Positions 12,829 to 27,000 of a DNA stretch of 64,000 nt are shown here, one piece after another. Each line of letters begins with the position of its first letter. Within the stretch, counting starts at the first letter, position 1. The stretch comes from Paraspadella gotoi (lineage: Eukaryota; Animalia; Chaetognatha), in contig CM119267.1 in assembly GCA_051294375.1 (NCBI GenBank), positions 13,693,326 through 13,757,325 of the forward strand, given 5' to 3'. A program made the position numbers and the translations under genes. The notes below the pieces were generated by a model that was not told the DNA's origin, searched no databases, and was given only the letters and a program-made list of their open reading frames with translations.

Positions 12829-13780
12829 TTAATATTAGAAAATACCTTTAAAATATTAGACGATTAAACACAAGGGGAGTAAACAGAGAAAACTTCCCAT
12901 TCATAAAAAAAATTGAAAATGAATTTGTCATATTGTTATTTAGATTGACTAATTACAAGCTAATGAAAATAATGATTCATATAAATTGAAAAAATGATAG
13001 GTAAAAAATATTCATCTTGGTCTCGGTTAACTATTAAGTTATTGTTAAAGTTTTGTTTTAATAATATTAATATTCTTTTTGCATTTATAAAAGCAATGGT
13101 CTAAAATTTTATAAGCGTTTCAAGCTATATTGCTTCATCTTTTTTACTATTTTTGATCTAGTTAGCTTTTTTGTTGATGGTCAAGGGTTATGGTCAGACA
13201 CAGTAATGTCCAGTAATATATATCGCACATATTACTAAAAATAACAATCAATTAATTTGGCTCAGAAACAATTTTAAAATAAAATCAGCCCGAGACCGTT
13301 TCGCACGTTATTTTTCATTGTGTCATAAGTATATCTGAATTTGTTCACATCTCTTTTTTAATTTTTCACCATATTACCTAATTATATTTCACATCATTTT
13401 AGTAATTGTTATTTTTCACAGTTTAACATTTTAATATTTAATTATTTTTTATTTACATTGCTAAATGTACTTCACTGTATCTCAAAAATTTGACTATTTC
13501 ATTTCTCTTTCACTCTCCCTCACTATTTGGCTTACGTAACCTATCACCGTCCTTTTCTCAATTTTTTTTGGAAACCTTTATCTTTGTCCCTCTCTCCACC
13601 TCTCTCTCTCTTTCTAACTTCAAATGCTGTGAAAAACTATTTTAACAAATTAAATTCGCGCTGAAGAAGACTCATCAGTATTTTGTTTCAACTTTTACCG
13701 TTTTTTTTAAACAATAAAAAACTTTGCATCTAAAAACTTATCAAAACAACGAAACGAAAGAAATTACACTATTATTTTAC

Positions 13781-13963
13781 CTTAAATACTACCACCCAAT
13801 TGCCATTTTGAGTTCTTTCAATAAGAAGATCTGCTAGCTGTGGAATGGAAACATTTATTTCATTGGTGCATTGAGTCAAATAGTCGAGATGTTTCTTTTT
13901 AGGTCCAGAAGGCTCTTCAGTAGACGCTTTGCATACGGCTTTGGCCAATCCACTTCCGGTCAC
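13781..13963 (-). CDS. PICALM: PICALM/AP180 exon 2 (ANTH, PIP2-binding KKKH motif)
   Basis: AG|[61 protein letters not shown]|GTAAAA; phase 0 at both ends. Confidence 0.95.
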
Positions 13964-14075
13964 CTTTAAGTTATGACAAATAACTGCAATCATTATAAAT
14001 ATATCATCAATGGATAGGAATTGATTTGTATGTTATTGGTTACAGGGCTAAAAATAATTAATCACGTTCTCCTAC

Positions 14076-14141
14076 CGTGTGCTTTGCTGCCACAAGCCGA
14101 TCGGAAATGGTTTGACCACCGAGTTTGGGGATGTTGTCCAT
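14076..14141 (-). CDS. PICALM: PICALM/AP180 (ANTH-domain clathrin assembly protein) exon 1
   Basis: Reads MDNIPKLGGQTISDRLVAAKHT, matching the PICALM/SNAP91 N-terminus (GQSLTDRITAAQHS), followed by donor GTAGGA. Pre-duplication orthologue of PICALM/SNAP91. Confidence 0.88.
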
Positions 14142-16406
14142 AATTCTCAGAAAAAAAAAATTTTCTTTCGGAAAAATGGTTGCTCAAGTTATACTTTGGT
14201 AGTCCGTGGCAATTTTTCTTCCTGTTGAAATCCTGACGAAAACTCTGAAGAGTATTTAGTATGAAGAGGCATCCAGTAGCGGAAATTGTCAGATGGAGGC
14301 GAGGAGTCTTAGACGTAGTGATTCATCTCTAGGCCTTTACTGCCGTGTTCATAAGGTGACCCCTCATATTTTTTGACGAATACTTGTTTAAAATGTTAAA
14401 AAAAAAAATAACTACAAAATCAAAAACATTAACAGGTAATCTGAAAAAGAAAACACTAATTAGCACAGCAAAGTAAAAAAAAAAGAAAATTGAATATTTC
14501 TAATAAACTTCCACTCCCAAGCAAGTCGAAATAAAACCTTTTATTTTTTAGAATCAGAGGTGACGGCGCGTCCACGGTCATGATAATTCGACGGTCCGCC
14601 CCACATTTTTTTAGGAAAAATATTCATGTCAGGTTTACTACTAAATCTAATCGTACATCGAATATTAAATTGAAGCACGTATTCCTCGACAAGAAATATT
14701 AAATCCTAGCGTAAATTGGTAAAACACTACGTTATTTGAAAATTTCTAGGGCTTAAAAGTCAAATTAGTCGAACAAATAATTTTATAATGTCTTTAATTT
14801 TTGTTGGATCAAGTGTTCTAAAATTTTCTAAAATTTTATGTTGGGTTTAATATCCTAGAAGCCCGGGTTCACCCGTTGGTGTCGGTAGAGTCAGGAGTCT
14901 TAATAACTGAATAATATACTGGGTGCATCAGTTAATTTCATGACTCAGTCTAATACGGGTTATATATAGGTTCCTAAACCTTTATCCAGGCTAGCCTGGT
15001 TGATGAAGTCCCTCAAAGTCCTATCAGTTCCTAGCCAGGGGCGTACACTGGGTGTCTCAGCGATTCCCTGTTCCCTAGCCTAACCAACTCTCTATGACAC
15101 ACAATGATTATTATTACTAATATAATATTACTTTCTAAGAGGAATGATGTGTGATATCTATTGGAAAACTAAGACAGATTAAAATCTAACCTTGTTTTGT
15201 ATAGTTGCTCCCCCATTTAATGATAAGTAAAATTTTTTTAAGAAAGCAATACATATATAATTAAATAATATAGATTAAATAGTAAATCCTTCATAAAAAA
15301 TAAAAATAGAAAACATAAAACAAGTAAATTGCAAATTTTCATAAAAAGCGGCTGCCCTCTACCATGGTAAAATGGCAAAACTGACGTTCAACTGATCGAC
15401 TATTTTACTAACTTGTATAGTAAAATCAGTAAGACAAGGAACAAAACTTAAAACTTAACTAGACAAGAACCGACTAGTTCAAGTTGTAGTGCCGGTGTGA
15501 CTCTCGTATGAGCAATCATCCATTTATTACGTTTTTTTACAAGTTGGAAACATACGTACAACAAGCATCGGATGGTTTATCACTATGTATAAATTTAAAT
15601 TAATATAACTGATAAAACTAAATTTACTCCGATCACGGAACTATATAAACAATATAGTAAACAACTAAACATGCACAAAAATAATTTAATGTTAACTCAC
15701 CTTTCTGCTAAGTATTAATAAAATGCTATGAATTAAACCGCATTCACTTTCTGGTCATATCATTGTCAGGTGATAACTTAACTGCACAAGTCTGGAACCT
15801 GCATATTATGCCTCTCGTAATACATTACCTTAATATCAAGCATTAACTAAAATCATGCAGTCTTACCTTACTACCTCCTTATGAACATTTAAAACTTAAG
15901 TGGGACAGATCGACAGACAGACCGATCATCCAAAGAGTACTCGCGTCGCAACTCACAAAAAAATCGCAAATGTGGAAAAGATAAGACTAGTCGCTAAGAA
16001 ATTCGTTTTCCCGGGACTTTAAAACTTATAAAAGGGGGGGGTGGATTTGGCATATTTTTTATGTAAAGATTTGACAATTTAAAATATAACAGCGACATCA
16101 TCACGGAAAACATTTTTGGTATCAGCTTAAATCGATTGAGATATATAAAGTAAATACCATAATGTAATATAATTTTTCACACGTCGATGTCTTTGAAACT
16201 TATACTTCGACGTTCTCAATATTTACATCTTACCTTTCAGGGAGCAGCCTATGCCAATACAAAAAAAAGAGAAAATAATATTTTTTTGGTTTTTTTAGGC
16301 ATGCACAAGCTACTACGGTCCGAATAAAAGGGCGTTTACACAAGGCAAGTGAATGTAGCAAGAAGAAACTAAAATCGGAAAAAGGAAATCCTAGGGCGTC
16401 GGCGTG

Positions 16407-16807
16407 TCAATTGCCTTTTGGATTACAAGTAGATTTTCCGACCTTCGAACTGTTTCTGCGAATAATGAGTTTTTTTTTCAAATTGATCTCTCCCGTTTTT
16501 AACAAACTTCCGCGACGATAAAGATCGACGGATTTTGGAAGGGCAGGGGGTGTTTCCCGACTAGATGGCTCGTAATCCAGGCAAGTATTTGGCACAGAGG
16601 CAGCCGCCTGCTGAGCAGCGGCTTTCGGTGGCGGCAGCTGCTGAAGGTGTCGTCGCGATTTCTCAACGGACGAAGAAGTAACCGTTCCATCGTGATGCGA
16701 AGACTCCCCGTCTTCGTCTCTCTTTTGGGGGGAGGGAACGGCCCCTTGAACGGGATAGAGAAACCGGTAGGCGGATCCTTCGTTCTTCCGCGACGAAGCA
16801 GGAGAAC
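16407..16807 (-). CDS. SWAP70/DEF6-like terminal exon 4 (low-complexity tail)
   Basis: CAG|GTTCTCCT.. is open to TGA at 16409-16407. The four exons sum to 2370 nt (789 aa plus stop). Confidence 0.82.
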
Positions 16808-17403
16808 CTGTTAAAATTTTTTTTAAATACTTAAGGAAAAGAAATACGCGACAGCTGACGACCCAACGCTAAAAATTACTTTTATCATATCGGGAGAAAC
16901 AAAATCAAAAAGCGTGTTCGAGATAGGAATGATTCGTAACTGCAAAAACTGTTTGCTATTCAATACTAAGAAAAAAAAAATATTCGTAATCGACCGAACC
17001 AACACGATTGAGAAACAGGAAAAAAGACAGGAAAGACTCGGTATTTATTTCGAAGGAAAAATTCAAGTAACCGGTTTAGAGAGAAATAAAAAAAAGCGAC
17101 CAAAATTGTTCGTAAGAAATTAAGAACCGAATTACCAAAACTAGTAACAAAAAAAAAAATATATATTTCCTTTTCTATAATTTTTGTCCCAAGAATAACT
17201 TCTACATACTAGTGATCCGTGTTATTATTTTATAAATGCATGAATCAACGTTCAATATTCACTTTTTACTGAGTGAGAATAAAAAAGATTGGCATTTCAA
17301 CTCGTAACCAACTTTTAATTGTACTTTTAAATAATCACGCACGTTCATAGTAAATTACCTACTGACTAAAAGGCACAACTAATAAATCATATTCTCATCT
17401 TAC

Positions 17404-17796
17404 CCTCATCGTCGACATTGGAGATTCGCGATCCCTCCTCGACTTGTACTGGTGACAAAACGACGTCTTTTCCGTCATTACCGTCGATGCCGCAATCGAC
17501 AAATACGTCGTCGTCAGGAGCGGGGAAGGAAGAGGTGGGAACAAAGGAGTTGCCGTGGACAGCGCTAGTACGCCTGTCTTTCATCAGGCATTCCGAGTCA
17601 GACGGAAGAGTTTCGTGAATGATGTCGACAACAGGGTCATTGTCCCCAAGACTGCCCTCACGAGAAGATGGAAGACGGTCGAGGCCACATCGCCTCATGA
17701 GAATGCGTAGCTTGTTCTCCGCCACATCCCGAGACTTTTCGATGTCATCAAGCTCTTGCCTGGTCATCTCCAAAGTGCGTTCAAGTTTGATTTTTT
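17404..17796 (-). CDS. SWAP70/DEF6-like exon 3
   Basis: CAG|AAAAAATC continues the frame (EKIKLERTLEMTRQELDDIEKSRDVAENKLR...); ends G|GTAAGA; phases compatible with exons 2 and 4. Confidence 0.85.
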
Positions 17797-17878
17797 CTGT
17801 GAATTTTGAAAAAGAAAAATTCGTTATAATTTATTTTGTTTGGTCGGTTCCAACACGATCCAGAAGAAATTCTAGATA

Positions 17879-18844
17879 CAAGGTGACAAACGACAGCCCG
17901 ACGCTAGAAAAAAAAATCGTCATTTGCAAACTTAGAAAGATTTTTTTGAAGTAAAAACCAAAATCATTTATATCTATCCAAATTTTATATTGATTGGTTT
18001 TGATTTGACTTGGCAATGAGCGGAGAAAAGTTGCCTTCAAAATCGTCTTTGATTTTAAAACTAAATTTATTTTTTTAAATCTGTTATTAACTTTTTAAAC
18101 ATTTTTTAAAAATTTACATAAAAAGGTATCATTATTAATATCTTCTGAAAGCTCTAAAAAAACAACGAAATCGAATGTCTATACACAAAGAGAATGGCAT
18201 AATTAAATTTACTGTAATATAAAAATTAGCCTATCCAGCTTTAAATCAAAAAAGGTAATCAAAAATAAGATAGTTATTAAATTAAAAATTCCTAAAAAGC
18301 AGTTTAGGAATAATTATTAAATTATTGTTAGCCATTTTAATTTAATTTTTCTCAAGCTTTTTTATGATATCTTTATAAACAATAATTGGTTAGATCAGAT
18401 CATAGTGAAAATAAGTCATATTTGAAAAAATATATTTTAAGATTTTATTATTTCAATTTTGATTACCTTGATTAAACTATTTTTAAGTTACAATATTCTT
18501 AAATATGTCATTTTCTTAAAATTTCAAAGAGCTTTCAGAAGATATTATTATTGATACCTTTTTATGTAAAGGTTTTTTTAAAAAATGTTCAGAAAGTTAA
18601 ACCAAATTTTTGTCTAACTTTCTGAACGTTTTTTAGAAAAGATTGAAAAAAAAAGAAGAGTTTTAAAATGAAAAACGATTTTAAAGCAACTTTTTACCGG
18701 TCATTGCCAAGTCGAATCATAACCATTAACCAATCAATATTAAATTTGGATAAATAAATAAATTTGATTTTTACTACAAAAAAAATCTTCACAGGTTTAC
18801 AAATAACGATTTTTTTTAGCGGCGGGTTGTCGTGTGTCACATTA
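17879..18844. mobile_element. TA-flanked foldback/MITE with long imperfect TIRs (Tc1/mariner-type termini)
   Basis: TA|CAAGGTGACAAACGACAGCCCG... and ...CGGGTTGTCGTGTGTCACATTA|TA; inverted homology extends over at least 190 bp. Confidence 0.8.
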
Positions 18845-19149
18845 TAGTTATACAATATACATACATAATTGAGGGTAAATGAATGGCTAAAGATGAAGAA
18901 TGGTGGACCATAACTGATTTCAGTTAACTTCCGAATTCTCGTCACAAAAGCAGAAAACAAAGTCTCAACGTACGAATAGGATTCAACTTCAGGCCAAAGA
19001 TGTTATTTAGAATATGCGATTTAGTGACAAAATTGATCGGAAATAGTTCAGTAAGAATCGAAGTTCACGTTTATTTTTAGTTTTTCTCGTTGTAAACAGC
19101 CAATTTTTATATAGTTGCGTGATCTAATCTATTCACGTTACATTTGTAC

Positions 19150-19354
19150 CTCTGTAGAGAGAGTCGCTTATCTCCATTTCTTTCTCAAGCTCATCCTGCG
19201 CCTCTCGCCTAGCGTTACGTTCCGCCTCGGCGAAGTCCGCTTCCGCCGTTAGTTCATCAGCGATGAATCGAGCCTGCGCCGCACGGACCAGCTCTTCGTC
19301 GCGTCTCAAATTTCGTTCTTCTTCAAGCAAAGTTTCGAGTTCCGAATTTACTGC
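19150..19354 (-). CDS. SWAP70/DEF6-like exon 2 (coiled coil)
   Basis: CAG|AVNSELETLLEEERNLRRDEELVRAAQARFIADE.. resembles SWAP70 [25 protein letters not shown]. Phase 0 start; ends G|GTACAA. Confidence 0.9.
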
Positions 19355-19525
19355 CTGCAAGAACAAGCATAACAAAAGTAAAGGTAATTAGTAATTATTA
19401 TTATTATAATTATTATATTTTTTTTTAAACATGCAGTCGAAAATTTTCATAATCCTGTTCAGTTTCTAGTATAATTTTAAGTGCTTAAGACACGAAAGTA
19501 AGCGTGGCGTAGTGTATGCAGCCAT

Positions 19526-21978
19526 AAAAAAAATCTTAAAGCATAAGGATCGTCGCAATCGCATAAGAAAAATCTGGATTGACGAAAAATTTTATACTAA
19601 AAAAAAAGAAAATTTGAAAAAGAGAAATTAATTTATAAACAAAGAAAAAGAAGAAAATAACAAATATAAAGAAAGAATAGAAAAGAAAGAAAGAAAGGAA
19701 AAAAAAAGAAGAGAGAAAGAAAAGAAAGGAAAGAAGAAAGGAAAGAAAGAAAAGAAAGGAAGAGAAAAGAAAGGAAAGAAAGAAAGGAGAGAAAGAAAAG
19801 AAAGGAAAGAAAGAAAGGAAAGAAAGAAAGGAAAAAAGAATAAAATGAAAAGAAAAAATAGAAAGGAAAGAAAAAAAGAAAGGAAAGAAAAAATAGAAAG
19901 GAAAGAAAGAATAGAAAGGAAAAAAAATTTAAAAAAACGAAAAAATAGGAAGGAAAGAAATAATAAAAAGGAAAAAAGAATAGAAAGGAAAGAAAGAATA
20001 GAAAGGAAAGGAAAAATAGAAAGGAAAGAAAGAATAGAAAGGAAAGGAAGAATAGAAAGGAAAGGAAGAATAGAAAGGAAAGGAAGAATAGAAAGAAAAG
20101 GAAAAATAGAAAGGAAAGGAAGAAAAGAAAAAAAGGAAGAATAGAAAGGAAAGAAAGAATAGAAAGGAAAGAAGGAATAGAAAGGATAGAAATAATAAAA
20201 AGGAAAGAAAGAATAAAAAGGAAAGAAAGAATAAAAGGAAAGAAAGAATAAAAAGGAAAGAAAGAATAGAAAGGAAAGAAAGAATAGAAAGGAAAAAAAA
20301 ATAGAAAGGAAAGAAAGAATAGAAAGGAAAGAAAGAATAGAAAGGAAAGGAAAAAAAGAAAGAATAGAAAGGAAAGGAAAAAAAGAAAGAATAGAAAGGA
20401 AAGAATAAAAAGGAAAAAAGAATAGAAAGGAAAAAAAGAATAGAAAGGAAATAAAGAATAGAAAGGAAAGAAAGAATAGAAAGGAAAGAAAAAATAGAAA
20501 GGAAAGAAAGAATAGAAAGGAAAGAAAAAATAGAAAGGAAAGAAAGAATAGAAAGGAAAGGAAGAATAGAAAAGAAAGAAAAGAAAGAAAGAATAGAAAG
20601 GAAAGAAGGAATAGAAAGGAGAGAAATAATAAAAAGGAAAAAAAGAATAAAAAGGAAAGAAAGAATAAAAAGGAAAGAAAGAATAGAAAGGAAAGAAAGA
20701 ATAGAAAGGAAAAAAGAATAAAAAGGAAAGGAAGAATAGAAAGGAAAAAAAGAAAAAGAAAAAATAGAAAGGAAAGAAAATATAAAAAGGAAAGAAAAAA
20801 TAGAAAGGAAAGAAAATAGAAAAGAAAAAAAATAGAAAGGAAAAAAAATAGAAAGGAAAAAAATAGAAAGGAAAAAAATAGAAAGGAAAGAAAGAATAGA
20901 AAGGAAAAAAATTTTAAAAAACGAAAAAATAAGAAGGAAAGAAAGAATAAAAAGGAAAAAAGAATAGAAAGCAAAGAAAGAATAGAAAGGAAAGAAAGAA
21001 TAAAAAGGAAAGGAAGAATAGAAAGGAAAGGAAGAATAGAAAGGAAAGGAAGAATAGAAAGGGAAAGAGGAAAGAAGAATAGAAGGAAAGGAAGAATAGA
21101 AAGGAAAGGAAGAATAGAAAGGAAAGGAAAAAATAGAAAAGAAAGAAAGAATAGAAAGGAAAGGAAGAATAGAAAGGGAAGAAGAAGTAGAAAGGAAAGG
21201 AAGATAGAAAGGAAAGAAGAATAGAAAGGAAAGAAAGAATAGAAAGGAAAGAAGGAATAGAAAGGAGAGAAATAATAAAAGGAAAGAAAGAATAAAAAAG
21301 GAAAAAGAATAGAAAGGAAAGAAAGAATAGAAAGGAAAGAAAGCTTAAAAAGGAAAAAAAGATTAGACAGGAAAGAAGAATAGAAAGGAAAAAAGAAAAA
21401 TAAAGAGAGTGACGTGAAGACCGAAATAAAAACCCGATGTTGCGATAGCAAAATGATAACATGCACAATTGCGAAGCTTAATTTTACGAGTTCATTCCTA
21501 TTTCATTTTTTTTATATTAAAAAACGCAGAGAGAAAAAAAAATCAAAAGGCAGAAGCAGCAGAGAGAAAAGAGATATAGAATAAGCCCCTGCAGAGCCAG
21601 CTGCAGACTAAAAGGCAGCAGCAAAAGCAGCAGGAGAAAAGAGAGAAAAAGAATAAGCCCTTGTAGAGCCAGCTGCAGACTCGTTTTTTCCCCCTATGAT
21701 TATAAATCATGACTAGGGAAAAGAGAGAAGGAGAAAAACATGTAATTAAAAGAGAAAGAGAGAGAGAGAAAGAACTATGAAAATAAAAGAAAGAAAATTT
21801 GTTTGTTTTGATAAAACATATGTAATAACTGTCCAGACTCAATTTTAAGCACATCGATGATAAGCTGTATATAAATTTTCAGCTTCATACACCCAAATTT
21901 AATCATAAAAAAGGCGATCTATAATTTGGAACGACGACAATGACGACGACGCCACTTATGGGCAAAAGCGATACAATA
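19526..21978 (-). mobile_element. HINE family 1 copy with expanded purine minisatellite
   Basis: Same 3' terminal structure (AAATCTTAAAGCATAAGGATCGTCGCAATCGC on plus) and same body as 49487-50985. Confidence 0.75.
19640..21405 (+). repeat. ~1.75-kb polypurine minisatellite, unit ~ATAGAAAGGAAAGAAAGA (18 bp)
   Basis: Directly visible. Noisy duplicate at 26790-28440; shorter complementary array at 50330-50870. Confidence 0.95.
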
Positions 21979-22359
21979 TATAATATAATATATATTATAA
22001 TATATACAATATACAAAATCGGAGATTGAAATTGTCATCTCTGAATAGGTTATATGAAACATCATTTTTTCTTCATATATGAAAAATAAATCAATGCAAA
22101 ATAATGTTTGGTAATTAGGATATAACTAAATATGGGATAATTAAAAAAATTAATATATAAAATTTTTTTTTCTTATAATAGTCCAACTTTATGAATTATT
22201 TATCCGTTTATCTGTCCATTGTCCACCCATCATATCTGTTGGTAAAATTACTTGGTTCATCTTAACATACTGAATTATAAAAAATTATTCAAAAAAATTG
22301 AATCCTTCCAAATTTTTTGTTTTATTGCTTAAAATTAGCAAAAACAATAAAAGTTATGG

Positions 22360-22384
22360 NNNNNNNNNNNNNNNNNNNNNNNNN
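22360..22384. other. Assembly gap (25 N), flanked by redundant overlap
   Basis: 22385-23462 repeats ~21320-22359. Identical 25-N gaps occur at 600-624 and 30702-30726. Confidence 0.95.
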
Positions 22385-24024
22385 GAAGAAGCAATAGATA
22401 AGGAAAAAGATAAAAGACAGAAAGAAAATAGAAAGAAAGGAAAGAAAGTTAAAAAGGAAAAAAAAGATTAGACAGGAAAGAAAGAATAGAAAGGAAAAAA
22501 AGAAAAATAAAGAGAGTGACGTGAAGACCGAAATAAAAACCCGATGTTGCGATAGCAAAATGATAACATGCACAATTGCGAAGCTTAATTTTACGAGTTC
22601 ATTCCTATTTCAATTTTTTTTTAATAAAAACGCAGAGAGAAAAAAAAATCAAAAGGCAGAAGCAGCAGGAGAAAAGAGATATAGAATAAGCCCCTGCAGA
22701 GCCAGCTGCAGACTCAAGGCAGCAGCAAAAGCAGCAGGAGAAAAAGAGAAAAAGAATAAGCCCTTGTAGAGCCAGCTGCAGACTCGTTTTTTCCCCCTAT
22801 GATTATAAATCAGTGATAGGGAAAAGAGAGAAGGAGAAAAACATGTAATTAAAAGGAAAAGAAGAAGAGAGAAAGAACTATGAAAATAAAAGAAAAAAAT
22901 TTGTTTGTTTTGATAAAACATATGTAATAAACTGTCCAGACTCAATTTTAAGCACATCGATGATAGCTGTATATAAATTTTCAGCTTCATACACCCAAAT
23001 TAATCATAAAAAAGGCGATCTATAATTTGGAACGACGACGAATGACGACGACGCACTTATGGCAAAAGCGATACATATATATAAATATAATATATATTAT
23101 AATATATACAATATACAAAATCGGAGATTGAAATTGTCATCTCTGAATAGGTTATATGAAACATCATTTTTTTCTTCATATATGAAAAATAAATCAATGC
23201 AAAATAATGTTTGGTAATTAGGATATAACTAAATATGGGATAATTAAAAAAAATTAATATATAAAAATTTTTTTTATAATAGTCCAATTTATGAATTATT
23301 TATCAGTTTATCTGTCCAGTGTCATCACCCATCATATCTTGTTGGTAAATTACTTGGTTCATCTTAACATACTGAATTATAAAAAATTATTCAAAAAAAT
23401 TGAATCCTTCCAAATTTTTTTGTTTTATTGCTTAAAATTAGCAAAAACAATAAAAGTTATGGTAAAACGATGATGATGATGATTTTAAAGAGTTTTTCCA
23501 TTATTTGACTCGCTTATCATCAAAATTTTGAAAAACGCATTATACTTTGGGTCGACAACTTTTTATGGGCTATCTGAATCCGTTCTAAAAAATAAAAAAT
23601 AAAAATCTTAAAAGCATAAGGATCGTCGCAATCACATAAGAAAAATCTGGATTGACGACAAATTTTGATACTAAAAAAAATAAAATTAGAGAAAAGAAAA
23701 TTAATTTATAAACAAAGAAAAAATATATTTTACGATCATCAATTAAAAAAAAAAGTACCAAGGAAAATTAAAGTTACAGTTTCTGAAAAAAAAAAATATC
23801 ATTGTCAAATAAACTGATCAGCAGACACAACCCCTGAGATAAAAAATTTGAGAAAAAAAATTAATTTATAAACAGAAAGAAAAATTCTATTTTGCGATTG
23901 TCAATTAAAAAAAAAAGTACCATCGAAAATTAAAATTATAGTTTCTGAAAAAAAAACAAAAAAACACACCAAATTTTCAATGTCAAAAAATAAACTAATC
24001 AGCAGACGCGGCCCCTGAGAAAAG

Positions 24025-27000
24025 AAGAGAGATTCGTACTGCAAAAACTGTTTGCTATTCAATACTAGAAAAAATAAAATATTCGTAATCGACCGAACCA
24101 ACAGACGATTGAGAACAGCGAAAAAAAGACAGGAAAGACTCGGGTATTTATTCGAAGGAAAAATTCAAGTAACCGGTTTAGCAGAAAATTAAAAAAAAGC
24201 GACCAAAATGTTCGTAAGAAATTAAGAACCGAATTACCAAACTAGTTCAACAAAAAAAAAATAAATATATTTCTTTTCTATATTTTTGTCCCAGAATTAA
24301 CTTCTAACATACTAGTGATCCTGTGTTATTATATTTTTAAATGCATGAATAACGTTCAATATTCACTTTTACTGAGTCTCGAGAACTAAAAATAGATTGG
24401 CATTTCAACTCGTAACCAACTTTTAATTTGTTAACTTTTTAAATAATCACGCACGTTCATAGTAAATTACCCCTACTGACTAAAAGGCCACAATAATAAA
24501 TCATATTCTCATCTTACCCCGTATCGTCGACATTGGAGATTTCGCGCATCCACCTCGTACTCTGACTGGTGACAAACCGACGTTTTTCCTCATGTACGGT
24601 CGAATGCGCCAATCGACAAATACGTCGTCGTCCAGGAGCGGGAAGGAAGAGGTGCGGACAAAGGAATTGCCGTGGACAGCGCTAGTACGCCTGTCTTTCA
24701 TCAGAGGCATTCCGAGTCAGACGGAAAGAGTTTCGTGAATGATTGTCGACAACAGGGTCATTGACCCAAGACTGCCCTCACGAAAGATGGAAGACGTCCG
24801 AGGCCACATCGCCTCATGAGAATGCGTAGCTTGTTCTCGCGCCAACATCCCGAAGACTTTTACGATGTCATCAAGCTTCTGCCTGGTCATCCCAAAGTCG
24901 TCTTCAAGTTGATTTTTTCTGCTGAAATTTTGAAAAAGAAAATATTCGTTATAATTTATTTTGTTTGGTCGGTTCCCAACACGATCCAGACAGAATATTC
25001 TAGATACAGTGACAAACGACAGTCCCGACAGCTAGAAAAAAAAATCGATCCATTTGCAAACTTAGAAAATTTTTTTGAAGTAAAAACCAAAATCATTTAT
25101 ATCTATCCAAATTTTTAATTGATTGGTTTTGATTGACTTGCGCAATGAGCGAGAAAAGTTGCCTTCAAAATCGTCTCTTGATTTTTTTAAAACTAAATTT
25201 ATTTTTTAAATCTTGCTTACTAACTTTTTAAACATTTTTTAAAAAATTTACATAAAAAGGTATCATTATTATATCTTCTGAAAGCCTCCTAAAAAACAAC
25301 GAAGATCGAATGTCTATACACAAAGAGAATGGCAAATTAAAACAACTGTAATATTAAAAATTAGCCTATCCAGCTTTAAATCAAAAAAGTAATCACAAAA
25401 ATAAGTATAGTTATTAAACTTAAAAATTCCTAAAAGCAGTTTAGGAATAATTATTAAAATTATTGTTAGCCATTTTAATTTAATTTTTCTCAGCTTTTTT
25501 AATGATTGATCTTTATAAAACAATAATTGGTTAGATCAGAATCCATAGTGAAAAATAAGTCATATTTGAAAAAAAATATGTTTTAAGATTTTTATTATTT
25601 CAAATTTTGATTACCTGATTAAACTATTTTTAAAGTTTACAATATTCTTAATATGTCATTTTCTTAAAATTTAAGAGCTTTCAGAAGATATATTATTTGC
25701 ATACCTTTATATGTAAAGGTTTTTTTAAAAAATGTTCAGAAAGTACTTGTCTAACTTCGAACCGTTTTTTAGAAAAATGAAAAAAAAAGAGCAGTTTTAA
25801 AATGAAAACGAATTATTAAAGCAACTTTTAGCACGGTCCATTGCCAGTCGAATCATAACAACATCAGATATTAAATTTGGATAATACAATAATTTGATTT
25901 TTACTACAAAAAAATCTTCACAGGTTTACAATACGCGATTTTTTTTTAGCGGCGGGTTGTCGTGAGTCACATTATAGTTATACAATACAACATAATTGAG
26001 GGTAAATGAATGGCTAAAATGAAGAATGCTGGACCATAACTGATTTCATGTTAACTTACCGATTCTCGTCACAAAGTAGAAAACAAAGGTTCTCAACGTA
26101 CGAATGCATTTCAACTTAGGCCAAAGAATGTTATTTAGCAATATGCGATTTTTAGTGCAAAATTGATCGGAAATAGTTCAGTAAGAATCGAAGTTCAACT
26201 TTATTTATTTAGTTTTTCTCGTTGTAAACAGCCAATTTTATATAGTTGCGTGATCTAATCTATTACGTTACATTTGTACCTCTGTAGAGAGAGTCGCTTA
26301 TCTCCATTTTCTTTCTCAAGCTCATCCTCGCCTCTCGCCTTTAGCGTTACGTTCCGCCTCGGCGAAGTCCCGCTCCGCCGTTAGTTTCATCAGCGATGAA
26401 TCGAGCCTTGCCGCCTGCACGGACCAGGCTTCTTCGTCGCGTCTCAATTTCCGTGTCTTCTCAAAGCAAGTTTCGCAGAGTCCGAATGTGTACTGCCTGC
26501 AAGAAGCAAGCATAAAAAAGTAAAAGGTAATTAGTTAATTTTATTATATAATTATTATATTTTTTTAACCAATAGCAGTCGAAAATTTTCACTAATTCTG
26601 TTCAGTTTCTAGTATAATTTTTAAGTGCTTAAGACACAAAGAAGCGTGGCGTAGTGTATGCAAGCCATAAAAAAAAATTCTCTAACAAAGCATAAGGATC
26701 GTGCGCAATCGCATAAGAAAAAATTCTGGATGACGAAAAATTTTTTATACTAAAAAAAAAGAAAAATTGAAAAAGAAAATTAATTTGATAAACAAGAAAA
26801 GAAGAAATAACAAATATAAAGAAAGATAGAAAAGAAGAAAAAGAAAGAAAAAAGGAAAAGAAAAGAAAAGAGAGAAGAAAGAAGCAGAAAGGAAAGAAAG
26901 AGACGAAAGAAAGAAAGAAGAAAGGAAAGAAAAAGAAAAGAAAAGAAATAGAAGAAAGAAAAAAAAAAAAGAAAAAGGAAAGAAATAGAAAGGAAAGAAA

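Larger units (their letters stand above)
11143..13769 (-). mobile_element. Penelope-like insertion with inverted pseudo-LTRs in PICALM intron 2, with nested repeats
   Basis: 11-bp direct repeat TATTATTTTAC at 11132-11142 and 13770-13780. Ends 11143-11300 and 13600-13737 are inverted copies; the right end has an extra ~33-nt tail; the left end holds a hammerhead. Confidence 0.8.

Noticed and set aside
13656-13680. Hammerhead remnants at 13656, 34085, 4030-4190 and 6176-6240
   Set aside because: The GAAA half is deleted or corrupted by noise; cannot be called intact.
19628-21466. 612-aa F/L/S-rich ORF and similar ORFs (26780-28024, 50261-51024, K/R/E-rich antisense frames)
   Set aside because: They are translations of an 18-bp polypurine/polypyrimidine minisatellite inside a HINE; stop-free by composition.
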